Positions 7,697-17,460 are shown, numbered from the stretch's first letter. The stretch: 64,000 nt of DNA from Candidatus Bipolaricaulota bacterium (GCA_028277345.1 JANQGM010000039.1:55728-119727), one strand, 5' to 3'. Made by a program: numbers and translations. The notes: generated from the letters alone by a model not told the origin.

Positions 7697-9577
7697 ATGG
7701 TGCGGACGGCGATCCTGGGAATCTCAGTAGGCGTTGCTTTGTTGCTGCTCGGATTGATGTCCTCGGTGGATCGGCCCATGCCACTGGAGGGAGGGACACC
7801 CGAGGAGCAACTATCGTTCTTCTCCTGCGCTTCATCGGACGTCATCGATTGGTTGCGTTCTCATGCCGTTCCTTTTCGATGGGCGGAGCCGCAACAGGAG
7901 GATGGTTTTTTCGACCTTGCCTTTCTGCCGGAGTGGGTGGGACAGGCGCGATTGGTCGGTCTGGGCGAAACAACGCACGGAACGCACGAGTGTTTTTCCA
8001 TGAAGGATCGATTGGTTCGCTTCCTGGTCCAAACCATGGGATTCAAACTGTTCGCGATCGAAGCTAACGTGACCAAGGCGCAGCCGTTGGATCGGTATCT
8101 TCAAACCGGAGAGGGTGACCCCGAAGCGCTTCTCCACGGACTGGGCTTCTGGACCTGGGATACCGACGAAGTGCTCTCCATGATTCGCTGGATGCGGTCG
8201 TACAATGAGCGGCTGGCCAGCCACGAAACGCCGATTCGCTTCTTGGGGGTCGATATGCAGGATCCGTTCGCGGCGATGGACGCCGTGGCCGAATTCATCG
8301 AACGCACAACGCCGGAAGCGGCGGACCGGATCCTTAGCAAGTACGATTTCTATCGAGGATTCCGCGCCGATCTCAGAGCCTATTCGGCGCTTTCGGAAGC
8401 AAAGAAAACGCAGTGCCGCGCGTCATTGCAAGCGGTCGAAGCCTGGCTCCTGGCCGAAGGCGAACGGCTCTCTCTCGAACCGGACTATCACGAGAGCCTG
8501 ATGAATGCCCAGGTGGTCCGGCAAAACGAGTTGTATCACGCTGATTCGCCCTGTCCCAACATCCGGGATCATTTCATGGCCGAGAACGCCTTGGCGTGGC
8601 TCGGGATGATGGAGCCGGGAGCCAAGATGGTGTTGTGGGCACACAATTATCACGTCGCTCGGGATTGGCCGGGAGGCGTACCGATGGGGCATCGACTGCG
8701 CGAGGCATTGGGTGAGGACTATCTTTCTCTTGGGTTTACGTTCTACGACGGTGCGTTCATCGCGTTCGTGACCCGAGAATCGGGAGATATCCTCCGGCTT
8801 GGAGAAGCTCAACCGGCGTTGCCGCCCCCGGACAGCTACGAAGCCGCCTTCCGGGCCGTGGAGGTTCCGAGGTTTTTTCTCGATCTGCGAACAATTCGCG
8901 GAGGTGGATCGCCGGCGACCGACTGGCTTGACCATCCACAGCGATTTCGCCAAGTGGGGGCTGTGTTCTCTCCGGAGGAACAGGAATCCGCGCTCACCCG
9001 TGCGAGTTTGCCACGCGTATTCGATGGATTGATCCACTTTCAAAATACCTCGGCTTCGCGGTTTCATGTGACGTCCATATCAGCGGAGACGGTCGATTTG
9101 GCAGCCCACTCCAGCCTGCGCAATCCGGGATTCGAAGAAGGCCTGGAAGGATGGGAACTTAGCGGAACCGCCCCTGAGGAGTACGTCCTCGATCAAGACG
9201 AACACGCGCCCTTCGAGGGAACGTACAGTGCGCGGTTGATGTCGAAGGAAGATGGGGCGGGGGGCTCCGGCAATCTCAAGCAATTTGTTGACGCCACCGC
9301 ATTCCGTGAGGGGAGAGCGCGGCTATCGGCGTGGATTCGCACGGAAGACGTGGTCGGGAGCGCGGCCCTGTGGCTCCTCGTCCTCGGCCCGAAGGGCATT
9401 GTTTCCTTGGACACCATGGAAGATCGTCCCATCCGGGGAACCACCGAATGGACACCGTACGTTATCGAGCTCGATGTCCCGGAGGAAGCGACCCTGCTGC
9501 TGTTTGGGATGTCTCTGGATGGACGTGGAACCCTGTGGGTGGATCGTGTGAATCTGGAGCCAGGAGAACCGAAATGA
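7697..9577 (+). CDS. Exported erythromycin-esterase-family (EreA/B-like) protein with a C-terminal CBM4_9-like beta-sandwich
   Basis: ATG at 7697 follows an AAGGAGG SD. There is an N-terminal signal or anchor. Ere-family motifs are GLGETTHGTHECF, IRDHFMAENALAWL and VLWAHNYHV. The C-terminal 150 aa begin NPGFEEGLEGWEL, which looks like a carbohydrate-binding module. Confidence 0.75.
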   Translation: MVRTAILGISVGVALLLLGLMSSVDRPMPLEGGTPEEQLSFFSCASSDVIDWLRSHAVPFRWAEPQQEDGFFDLAFLPEWVGQARLVGLGETTHGTHECFSMKDRLVRFLVQTMGFKLFAIEANVTKAQPLDRYLQTGEGDPEALLHGLGFWTWDTDEVLSMIRWMRSYNERLASHETPIRFLGVDMQDPFAAMDAVAEFIERTTPEAADRILSKYDFYRGFRADLRAYSALSEAKKTQCRASLQAVEAWLLAEGERLSLEPDYHESLMNAQVVRQNELYHADSPCPNIRDHFMAENALAWLGMMEPGAKMVLWAHNYHVARDWPGGVPMGHRLREALGEDYLSLGFTFYDGAFIAFVTRESGDILRLGEAQPALPPPDSYEAAFRAVEVPRFFLDLRTIRGGGSPATDWLDHPQRFRQVGAVFSPEEQESALTRASLPRVFDGLIHFQNTSASRFHVTSISAETVDLAAHSSLRNPGFEEGLEGWELSGTAPEEYVLDQDEHAPFEGTYSARLMSKEDGAGGSGNLKQFVDATAFREGRARLSAWIRTEDVVGSAALWLLVLGPKGIVSLDTMEDRPIRGTTEWTPYVIELDVPEEATLLLFGMSLDGRGTLWVDRVNLEPGEPK

Positions 9578-10578
9578 TGGGCTTTCTGATCAAGCGTGTC
9601 CTTTTTTCGATTTTCGTCTTCGTCTGTGTCTCATGGGTTGCCTTCTTCATCATCTGGCTGATGCCAGGTGATTTTTACACGCGGGTTGATTTCATGGTCG
9701 CCCGCTTCGGGCTGGATCCCGAGTTGCCGGCTATGCTGCGGGCGCAGCACGCTTTGGACAAACCGGCGATCGTACAATTTTGGATTTGGTTCACCGGCGT
9801 CATCACTCGGGGAGATTTCGGAGTGTCCTTCATCACGAATGGACCGGTGGGGCCATTTATCTTTCGAAGAGGAGGGCCGGTTGGAATCTCGCTGATCGTC
9901 TCGGGAACGTCCTTTTTGGTCGCTTGGTTGGTGGGCATTCCCTTTGGCGTTCTTTCTTCCCGCTTTCGCAGCCGCTACTCGCAGACGGTGTTCTATATCC
10001 TGACAACGCCGTGGTTGTCGATTCCGTCATTCGTCCTGGGCGGACTGGTGCAATGGTTCATTTACAAGTTCATCGACCCGTTGATGGTGGGTTCGGGCCT
10101 GTATGGCTTGTGCGGATGGCGGTTCGAGGGTGCGCCGATGAGCTGTGCAAAGTTCGGCAGTTGCCTCCTTCATTTGCTCCCATTGTGGATCATCGTTGGG
10201 ATGCCCATCTTCATCACCGTCGTTCGTCATATGCGCTCCAGTATGAGGGATGTCATGGGATCCAATTACATGATGGTCGCCCGCGGAAAGGGGCTCGGGG
10301 AATTCCGGCTGATGTTTCGTCATGCCCTACGGAATGCGGCCAACCCGCTCATCAGCATCTTCGGCGTGCTTCTTCCGACCCTGCTGATGAATACCATCGT
10401 GGTATCCGAACTGTTCGACATCCCCTCATTTGGACGTTTCCTGCTGCACTACGTTTCCTATCAAGACCAGCACGTCGCGACGGCGGCCTTGCTGTTTTAC
10501 GGGACGTTTCTTGTCGCCGGAAATCTGATTTCGGATGTGCTGCTTGTCGTCTCGGATCCAAGGATTCGCTACAGCTAG
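9574..10578 (+). CDS. Solitary ABC transporter permease, OppB/DppB (peptide/nickel) type
   Basis: The ATG overlaps the upstream stop (ATGA at 9574-9577). The EAA-loop region is ARGKGLGEFRLMFRHALRNAANPLIS and the C-terminus is SDPRIRYS. No partner permease, ATPase or binding protein lies adjacent. Confidence 0.8.
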   Translation: MMGFLIKRVLFSIFVFVCVSWVAFFIIWLMPGDFYTRVDFMVARFGLDPELPAMLRAQHALDKPAIVQFWIWFTGVITRGDFGVSFITNGPVGPFIFRRGGPVGISLIVSGTSFLVAWLVGIPFGVLSSRFRSRYSQTVFYILTTPWLSIPSFVLGGLVQWFIYKFIDPLMVGSGLYGLCGWRFEGAPMSCAKFGSCLLHLLPLWIIVGMPIFITVVRHMRSSMRDVMGSNYMMVARGKGLGEFRLMFRHALRNAANPLISIFGVLLPTLLMNTIVVSELFDIPSFGRFLLHYVSYQDQHVATAALLFYGTFLVAGNLISDVLLVVSDPRIRYS

Positions 10579-11264
10579 CGGTGTTCCGTTGGAACGCCCA
10601 GTCCGGGGATTCTCGCGCGTTGCTCCAACATCCACAGCAGGCGTGAGACGATGAGAACGATGACAAGGTAGATGGCGGCGACGACAACGTAGGTTTCGAA
10701 CGTCCGTGCCGTATGCAATGCGATCTTCTTGCCGACAAACGTTAGCTCGGTGAGCGAAACGAAGTAGGCGAGGGAGGAATACTTGATCGAGTAGATCAGT
10801 TCGTTTGACCACGAGGGAATGACCAAGCGCAGGGCCTGCGGCAGGATGACATACCGGATGGCGCGAACGCGGCTCAATCCGACCGAACGTGCCGCCATCA
10901 TCTGCCCGGATTGAATGGATTGAACGGCTCCCCGGAAGTATTCGGCTTGGTAGGCGGCGCTGTTTAATCCGAGCCCGATGATCGCTGCGGCAAGCGGCGA
11001 AATCTGAATGCCCAGCGATGCCAGATAAGGCGGCAGGCCGTAGTAGACGACCAAGAGCTGAACCAACAGCGGTGTTCCTCTGAAGAACTGAATGTATCCG
11101 CCGGTAAGCCATCGGATGGGGCGAGGCCCGTAGACGCGGCCGAGGGCGAGGAAGATGCCGACGAGGAATCCAAGCACGATGGAACCGGAAGTGATCCACA
11201 ACGTCATCCGGGTCGCGTGGAGCAGGTCGGGTAGAATGCTCCAAGCAAACGCAAAGAATCCCAT
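10575..11264 (-). CDS. Polar amino-acid ABC transporter permease
   Basis: 229 aa of the His/Glu/Gln/Arg-opine permease type (FRGTPLLVQL, AARSVGLSRVRAIRYVILPQALR). Confidence 0.9.
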   Translation of the reverse strand: MGFFAFAWSILPDLLHATRMTLWITSGSIVLGFLVGIFLALGRVYGPRPIRWLTGGYIQFFRGTPLLVQLLVVYYGLPPYLASLGIQISPLAAAIIGLGLNSAAYQAEYFRGAVQSIQSGQMMAARSVGLSRVRAIRYVILPQALRLVIPSWSNELIYSIKYSSLAYFVSLTELTFVGKKIALHTARTFETYVVVAAIYLVIVLIVSRLLWMLEQRARIPGLGVPTEHR

Positions 11265-11272
11265 TGGACCTC

Positions 11273-12046
11273 CTACTCTCCGTACAGCTCGGTGATCTTG
11301 CTCAGGAAAACGCGCGTGCGTTCTTCTTTGGGCGCGGTGAAGAACTCCTCGGGCGGGCCTTGCTCCAAAATGACGCCGCCCTCCATGAAGATGATGCTGT
11401 CGGATACTGACCGTGCGAAGCCCATCTCATGTGAGACGACGAGCATCGTCATACCTTCCTTGGCGAGGCTCACCATGACGTCAAGGACTTCGCCAATGAG
11501 TTCAGGATCGAGCGCCGAGGTGGGTTCGTCGAACAGCATGAGTTGAGGCGACATGGCGAGGGCGCGAGCAATCGATACGCGCTGCTGTTGTCCGCCCGAT
11601 AGTTCAGCGGGATACGCATCCGCCTTGTCAGACAGTCCCACGCGGGCGAGTTCATCCATCGCCAACTCCGTGGCAGCCGCCTTCTTCAGCCCCTTGACCT
11701 TCATGGGGCCGATGCGCACATTGGCCAATGCGGTGAGGTGTGTGAAGAGATTGAAGTTCTGGAACACGAAGCCGATTTCTGCGCGTAGGCAATTGATGTT
11801 CTGCTTCTTGCAGGTGATTTCCCGGTCTCCCAGCCAAACGCGTCCACGATCGGGAACCGATAGCTGATTGATGCAGCGCAGCAGCGTACTCTTGCCGGTA
11901 CCTGACGGTCCGATAACGACGACCGTTTCGCCTCGCCGCATCTGCATGGAGACGCCGCGAAGAACATGATTGTCTCCATAGGATTTGTGAAGCCCTTCAA
12001 CGCGAAGAATAGCTCCGTCTGAGCGTGATGGGTGTTGCTCGTTCAT
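11273..12046 (-). CDS. Polar amino-acid ABC transporter ATP-binding protein (GlnQ-like)
   Basis: Walker [10 protein letters not shown], signature LSGGQQQRV, Walker [13 protein letters not shown], and [10 protein letters not shown]. Confidence 0.92.
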   Translation of the reverse strand: MNEQHPSRSDGAILRVEGLHKSYGDNHVLRGVSMQMRRGETVVVIGPSGTGKSTLLRCINQLSVPDRGRVWLGDREITCKKQNINCLRAEIGFVFQNFNLFTHLTALANVRIGPMKVKGLKKAAATELAMDELARVGLSDKADAYPAELSGGQQQRVSIARALAMSPQLMLFDEPTSALDPELIGEVLDVMVSLAKEGMTMLVVSHEMGFARSVSDSIIFMEGGVILEQGPPEEFFTAPKEERTRVFLSKITELYGE

Positions 12047-12742
12047 CTACCGTTCAACCTTTCCTTTCATTTCGAAACCGGGAATGCGCAACCGGCGCTC
12101 CAGAAGCGCCAGCCCCGCGTTCCCCATATAGGTAAGAACCAGATACACCAAAGCGACGAGGATCAGGATGACGAGAATGTAGTTCACGCCCTTGACGAAC
12201 TGGATGCGGGTGAAGATCAGGGTTCCTTGTTTGGTCAATTCGAGAACGCCGATGGCGCTGGCCAACGACGTATCCTTGAGCACACTGGAGAATTCATTCG
12301 TCCATGGAGGAATCGACAGACGAAGTGCTTGGGGAAGAATGATCGAGCGAATGGCTTGAAGCTTGCTCATCCCAAGCGCGCGGGCCGCCATCATCTGGCC
12401 TTGGGGCACGGACTGAATGGCCCCGCGGAAAATCTGCGATTGGTAAGCCGATGAGCGCAACCCGAGGGCGATGAGCGCTGACGTAAATGCAGGAAGAAGG
12501 ATTCCGAACGACCGCGCCAGCCCGCTGTGAAAGATCAAGATGAGAACAAGCGCCGGAATTCCGCGAAACAGCTGCTCGTATCCGCGGCACAGCCAGCGAA
12601 ACGGGCGATACCCATAGACTTGCAGAAACGCAATCGGAAAGCCGAGCGCCAACCCGGCGCCCAGCAATCCCAAGGTCAGGAGGACGGTGGTCGGAAGTCC
12701 TTTTGTAACGAGCAGTTCCAAACTCTGCCAAATGGTGGACAT
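12047..12742 (-). CDS. Polar amino-acid ABC transporter permease
   Basis: 231 aa and a paralog of 10575-11264 (FRGIPALVL, AARALGMSKLQAIRSIILPQALR). Confidence 0.9.
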   Translation of the reverse strand: MSTIWQSLELLVTKGLPTTVLLTLGLLGAGLALGFPIAFLQVYGYRPFRWLCRGYEQLFRGIPALVLILIFHSGLARSFGILLPAFTSALIALGLRSSAYQSQIFRGAIQSVPQGQMMAARALGMSKLQAIRSIILPQALRLSIPPWTNEFSSVLKDTSLASAIGVLELTKQGTLIFTRIQFVKGVNYILVILILVALVYLVLTYMGNAGLALLERRLRIPGFEMKGKVER

Positions 12743-12822
12743 GGATTCAGTATACCTCGATGCATGTGGGGAACGCGCGTGGAATCACGCGTTCCCCACA
12801 GCGTCTTTCACGAACGCACCGT

Positions 12823-13659
12823 CTATTGATTCGCCAACGTTGCCAGATTCAGCGCGAACCCGACGACATCACCCTCCTCCAGGAAACCGATGCTCGCTTT
12901 CCAGGCGGCTTCCACCTTCGTGAGATCCGTTCCCATGTACGCCCGGACCAGATTGTCATAGGCTCCGAGGGCCTTCAACTGATCGACCCCGTCATTGAGA
13001 AGTGGCAATAAGCCTTCGGGATCGCCCTCTGCGACGAAGAAACCGAAGTTCTCATTCGTCTTGATCACGCCGGCCACCGTGAGGTCGGCCTCAGCGGTTG
13101 CGCTGGCTTGAGACGCGGGTTCATCCTGAATCACGGCATCGATGTTGCCGTTAATCAAGTCGAGCACGGCGAGCGGATAGAGCGTGTATTCCTGAAGAAT
13201 GACGTCCACCCCGTCATCGAGAAGCCCCTGAACGAAGCCTGCTCCTGTCGTTTCGATTTGAGCGCCCACCGTGTACCCGCCGCTCAAGGCGGTCACGATG
13301 TTAAGGCCGGAGTCCGCGCGAATGAGCACGGCTTGATCAGACGTCCAGTAGGGAGCAGAGAAATCGACCTTCAGTTCTCGCTCATCCGTGATGGTTGCTC
13401 CCGAAGCGCCGATGTCCGCACGGCCGATTCCTACATCATCGAAAATGATGTCCCAATCATAAGAAATGATGTTGATCTCAAATCCCTGAAGGACGGCAAT
13501 GCAACGCATGACATCAAGATCGAATCCTAGAAGATTTCCTTCCGCATCCGCCCATTCAAAGGGCGGCCACGTCGTGTCCGAAGCCACATCGTAGACTTGC
13601 GCAAGGCCCGAGACGGCGAAAAGTCCGGTGAGTAGTACCGCCAGCAACGCCTTTTTCAT
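12823..13659 (-). CDS. Amino-acid ABC transporter substrate-binding protein (SBP_bac_3 type)
   Basis: 278 aa with a signal peptide (MKKALLAVLLTGLFAVSGLA). Family-3 SBP features include PPFEW, GFDLDVM and DAVIQDEP. Confidence 0.85.
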   Translation of the reverse strand: MKKALLAVLLTGLFAVSGLAQVYDVASDTTWPPFEWADAEGNLLGFDLDVMRCIAVLQGFEINIISYDWDIIFDDVGIGRADIGASGATITDERELKVDFSAPYWTSDQAVLIRADSGLNIVTALSGGYTVGAQIETTGAGFVQGLLDDGVDVILQEYTLYPLAVLDLINGNIDAVIQDEPASQASATAEADLTVAGVIKTNENFGFFVAEGDPEGLLPLLNDGVDQLKALGAYDNLVRAYMGTDLTKVEAAWKASIGFLEEGDVVGFALNLATLANQ

Positions 13660-13796
13660 TCCTGCACCTCCTTATCCGAAGACAGCGTAGCACGATTCTC
13701 AAATAATGAGCAAATGATGGGATGGGAATGAAGCCCTTTGCTTCCACGAACGGAGTGAATGCTGCCGAATGATGCGTTCTTGCTTGACGGCGGTGC

Positions 13797-14411
13797 CTAG
13801 TCTGCCTCGGCAAGGCCGAGATACAGTTCGGCGCAGAACGAAGCGATGTCTTGTTTCACCTCAATCGGCGGCGCCTCGCTTCCCGTTCCTTCAAGCATCG
13901 TTGTACGAACGGCACGCGATATCTCCATCTCGCGGCGAGTGAAGGCGGCATAGGATGCAGCCCATGAGAGCACACGCGCCAGTTGCTCATCGGTCAGTTG
14001 CGAGACGATCGGAGGCTGAGACACGCCCGCTCGGCAGACAACGGCTTCAACCTGTCCTTCTGCGGTGATGGTCAGGCGGTCGCAATGATTGAGTCCTCCT
14101 GCGTCTCGGGCCCAAGATAGGACGAAGGCGGCGGCAGGAGAGCCGTTCGCATCCGGCGTTTCGGACGGTGGAACGTCGCTGGCTTGCGTCACGGGATCTT
14201 CGGCGATGGTATCCTCGGGCTCCGCCGGTGGCTCAACATCTTCTGCAGGCGGCGTCGAATCCGCGCCTGTTGTGTCCGCGGGCTCGGAGGATGCAAAGTC
14301 CGATGGTGCCGAAGCGTTTTCAGTCCCTCCGCTGCATGAGGAAAGCGCCAGAACGAGGCTGACAAGAAGCACGCACGCAAGCGTGCAGATGGCCGCCATC
14401 TTGATTCTCAT
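13797..14411 (-). CDS. Lipoprotein of unknown function with an acidic Pro/Glu/Asp-rich linker
   Basis: The signal peptide ends in the lipobox-like LSSC. It is followed by a low-complexity PAEDVEPPAEPED region and then a globular C-terminal half. Confidence 0.65.
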   Translation of the reverse strand: MRIKMAAICTLACVLLVSLVLALSSCSGGTENASAPSDFASSEPADTTGADSTPPAEDVEPPAEPEDTIAEDPVTQASDVPPSETPDANGSPAAAFVLSWARDAGGLNHCDRLTITAEGQVEAVVCRAGVSQPPIVSQLTDEQLARVLSWAASYAAFTRREMEISRAVRTTMLEGTGSEAPPIEVKQDIASFCAELYLGLAEAD

Positions 14412-14545
14412 AATGAACTCCTCTCGACTCCGGCGGGTCCGAATTCGAGAGGAATCCTAAGAAGACATCACCGGGCGCCGTACGCCCCTCCCATCCATCG
14501 TAGAGATTCCGGTTCACAAGTCAAGAACCTCGCGATCTCAAGCAG

Positions 14546-15613
14546 CTAACCGGGCTGGGGAAGATGGTAATCCCAGGCACAGAATCGGTCGCCCTTGAGG
14601 ATCGAATGCGTGATGTCGCATCGTGTGAACTGGAGGCCGAGAATGGGTTCCCAGAATTGCCGCGCCCAGCCGGCGGCGCGGTAACAGAAGATGGGATCGA
14701 TTTGTGGATGGGCCGCTTCCCGGACCAGCGAACAGAAGCAATAGGCGCGACGCAGGTGGTGCGGTGTTTCAGCGCGATCGTAGGCCTCACGATTGAAGGC
14801 GACCTTCGATAGATGGAGAACGCGACCGTCGCAATACGGAGGATCGATCCATCCTCCTGTACGGGTTTCGGAAAGCTCGGCATGTTGAGCGTCCAGGACA
14901 GCGCTTACGCTTCCCCCGGAGGACTCATAAATGGCGCGGTATTTCTCCGTGTCCTCGGCGGGTCGGACCAAGGCGACCCGCGAGAGAATATCAAATTGCT
15001 GGTCTTGCGAAGATGCCTGTTTGAGCGCCTGGAGAGAGCGGGACACCCAATCCGCACGCTGATCGACGAGCGTATATGGGGTGATGCGTTCTCCTCCGGC
15101 CCAGATTTCTTCGGCGAGAGAAGCTCCGAGGACGCGCTGAAGCTGTTGATAATAGATCTCGGGCCACGCGAGGAAGGCCACGCGTACCTCGATCTCATTC
15201 TCGGATTCGTTCTTGGGATTGTACTGATGGTAGATCTCAACGAGTTCAAGCTCGGAGGCGAGTCCGACTCGATTCATGTGTTCAATGATTTTTCCCGTGG
15301 TTTCGCGCAGTGAACTCACGGGGCCGCGATGAACGGCCGCAAAGAAATCCAGGCGTCTTAAGGTGTGCGTCCGCACAGCAGCCGATGCGGCAGGACTGGA
15401 GACCGGGTATCCGATTTCGGAATCGAACCCGTCAACGGGGGTATCGAATCGATAGATGTGCGTTAAGGGGCCGGCAATCGCATCGCCGCAGGCGGAACGG
15501 ACAGCTTCGATGCGTGGCGGGAGCTCATCTCGGGAGTGAATCGGTTGCCGGATGCCTGCGAACAACGTCTCCTTACGGAGAACGTGCTGTATTCCGAAAT
15601 CGTGCGTGGACAT
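14546..15613 (-). CDS. GyrI-like effector-binding domain fused to a Cys-rich ATC-hydrolase-like C-terminal region (tentative)
   Basis: 355 aa. The N-terminal 150 aa resemble GyrI/SOUL-type ligand-binding domains. The C-terminus (CFCSLV...FCYRAAGW...KGDRFCAWDY) resembles the PF14196-type Cys pattern. Confidence 0.55.
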   Translation of the reverse strand: MSTHDFGIQHVLRKETLFAGIRQPIHSRDELPPRIEAVRSACGDAIAGPLTHIYRFDTPVDGFDSEIGYPVSSPAASAAVRTHTLRRLDFFAAVHRGPVSSLRETTGKIIEHMNRVGLASELELVEIYHQYNPKNESENEIEVRVAFLAWPEIYYQQLQRVLGASLAEEIWAGGERITPYTLVDQRADWVSRSLQALKQASSQDQQFDILSRVALVRPAEDTEKYRAIYESSGGSVSAVLDAQHAELSETRTGGWIDPPYCDGRVLHLSKVAFNREAYDRAETPHHLRRAYCFCSLVREAAHPQIDPIFCYRAAGWARQFWEPILGLQFTRCDITHSILKGDRFCAWDYHLPQPG

Positions 15614-15756
15614 ATGACCTCGAATCTTGTCTGTGGGTTACATCACCCGCGATTGTTGAGCGTCAGCGTCTCGCCGCCGTTGCACAAGAGTGACGGTTCC
15701 CCCAAGACGCCGATCGATGAAGGGTGACGGTACGACGCTGACGGAAACTCGAGTGA

Positions 15757-16429
15757 CTATCGCGTAGCGGCGGCCACAAACTCAGAGAGGGAGTGCTCGG
15801 CGATCGATCGAATGCGAAGATTTGCATGAGAGAAGTCAAGACATTGCGTCACACGGTTGGGAACAGCGACAACGAAGATACCGGCCCGGCGAGCAGCAGC
15901 GACGCCATGGTGAGAGTCCTCGAAAACGATCGCTTCATCCGATTCAATACCCAATCGATCCAGCGCGGAAAGAAAGAGATCGGGAGCAGGTTTTGTCTCA
16001 GAAACGTCCTCTGCGCAAACAATGACATCGAACCTCGATAGCAAACGATGCCGGGAGAGCAAGCCTTCGACCCAGGCACGCTCAGAGCTTGAGGCAACGG
16101 CGAGCTTCAGTTTAGATGCCTGGGCCTCGGCAATTAGGGAGCGAACGCCGGGGAGGATGGCTTCGGCCTCCAATAGCTCAAGTTCTCGCGTCATCCGTTG
16201 ATGGTGGAGCTCTTTTCTGTCGATCGACCGGCCAAGGTGCGCTTCCAAGAGCGCGTAGGCCTCCGGCGGGTCGGCAGAGGCTCCCAATAGCGAGGCCCAG
16301 TCCTCGTCCGAGACCCCCAATCCAGATGACTCGAAGATTTCCATCCACGACGTTCGCATCGGCGATTCGGTATCCAAGATGAGGCCGTCAAAATCGAAAA
16401 TCAGCGCCTTGATTCCCACGATCCCTCCC
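15757..16429 (-). CDS. HAD-superfamily hydrolase (beta-phosphoglucomutase/phosphatase-like)
   Basis: GTG at 16429 lies behind a GGGAGGG SD. Motifs are IFDFDGLILDTE and VFEDSHHGVAAARRAG. The listed longer ORF adds an Arg/Ser-rich extension that is unlikely to be real. Confidence 0.8.
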
Positions 16430-16742
16430 GCGTAGCTGCTTGGCTGCAAAGGGACCAAGAGTACTGCCAAGCTGCCCCCACGGCAATTGGTATCTGTCGC
16501 TCGATGTCGAAGGGGGCTGCGAAATCGCGTTGAGGGCGTTGATTGCTCATCTTTCCGAAGGCAGCGAAGCGCTGATTCGTCCAGGAACCTTGACATGGAT
16601 GCAACGGAAAACGTAGGTTGTTATTAGCCGCACATGCGCGGCCATTTCTTTTGTCTCCAAGCGCTCCGAGTCCGTGCTTCTAATGATGACGTGCGCGGCA
16701 AGTCGACGTGCGTTCAGTTCTCGCTGTGGGCAAGGAGGAATC

Positions 16743-17114
16743 GTGAGAGATTGTAAACGCCTGGCACCGGAGGTCTTTCGGCAGCGGATGCTGATCGAGG
16801 GGTATTATCGCGGCCCTATCACACGCAAAGGCTTGAGAGAGAGGCTCTTGTCGTTTGCCGAACGCCTTGAGTTGCGAACTTATGGTGAGCCCGTCATCTA
16901 TTCTCCTGAATCAGGGATGGGAAAGGTGGAAAACGCGGGATACGATGCGTTTGTACCCCTCATTGATTCGGGTATTTCGATCTATGTCTGGACGGGTCCG
17001 AAATTCATCTCCCTTGTCCTTTACACATGCAAACGGTTCGATGAAGCGACGGCGCGTTCGGCGGCGACGGAGATCTTTGAGTTGGAAGATCCCATCGGTA
17101 CGCTGTCGTTTTGA
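16743..17114 (+). CDS. S-adenosylmethionine-decarboxylase-related (SpeH-like) small protein, divergent
   Basis: GTG at 16743 lies behind an AAGGAGG SD. LIDSGISIYVWTGPKF aligns with the ES-HISIHTWPE processing region of class-1 AdoMetDC, but several residues are substituted. Confidence 0.55.
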   Translation: MRDCKRLAPEVFRQRMLIEGYYRGPITRKGLRERLLSFAERLELRTYGEPVIYSPESGMGKVENAGYDAFVPLIDSGISIYVWTGPKFISLVLYTCKRFDEATARSAATEIFELEDPIGTLSF

Positions 17115-17130
17115 GGCGAGTTACATCGTC

Positions 17131-17460
17131 CTAGCCGGCCTCCTCATCGAGAACGGCAAGCGCAACGGGTAACGCGGCAGTTACGGCGTGTCCGGCGACA
17201 GGAAGCCCAATCAGTAGGGCGGAAAGGATCTCTTCACGAGAGGCTCCAAGAGACCGGGCTGTGTCGACGTGAAAGGGGATTCCACTCGTTCGTTCCAGCG
17301 AGGCAAGGACGGCGAGATGGGCTAATTCCGCTGTCTTGGGATCGAGGGCCGAGGCGGCTCTCAGCGATTGAACGAGCGTCATCCACGCTGCGGCATGGTC
17401 AGGTGTTTCCTTGGCGAATGCGCGGAAAGCGTCGCTGACAAGAGATGGATCGAAGGGCAT
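17131..17460 (-). CDS. Carboxymuconolactone decarboxylase (AhpD-like) family protein
   Basis: 109 aa. LDPKTAELAHLAVLASLERTSGIPFHVDTARSLGASREEILSAL is a typical CMD domain. Confidence 0.75.
   Translation of the reverse strand: MPFDPSLVSDAFRAFAKETPDHAAAWMTLVQSLRAASALDPKTAELAHLAVLASLERTSGIPFHVDTARSLGASREEILSALLIGLPVAGHAVTAALPVALAVLDEEAG

Noticed and set aside
9331-9573. An 81-codon N-terminal extension of the permease ORF.
   Set aside because: It overlaps the C-terminus of the Ere-like gene in another frame and is Arg/Gly/Pro-rich. The hydrophobic permease sequence begins exactly at the ATGATG at 9574.
7697-9577. Interpreting the Ere-family gene as a macrolide-resistance determinant.
   Set aside because: The product appears exported and is fused to a carbohydrate-binding-like module. 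Many Ere-family homologs are known not to hydrolyse macrolides. There is no mobile-element context.
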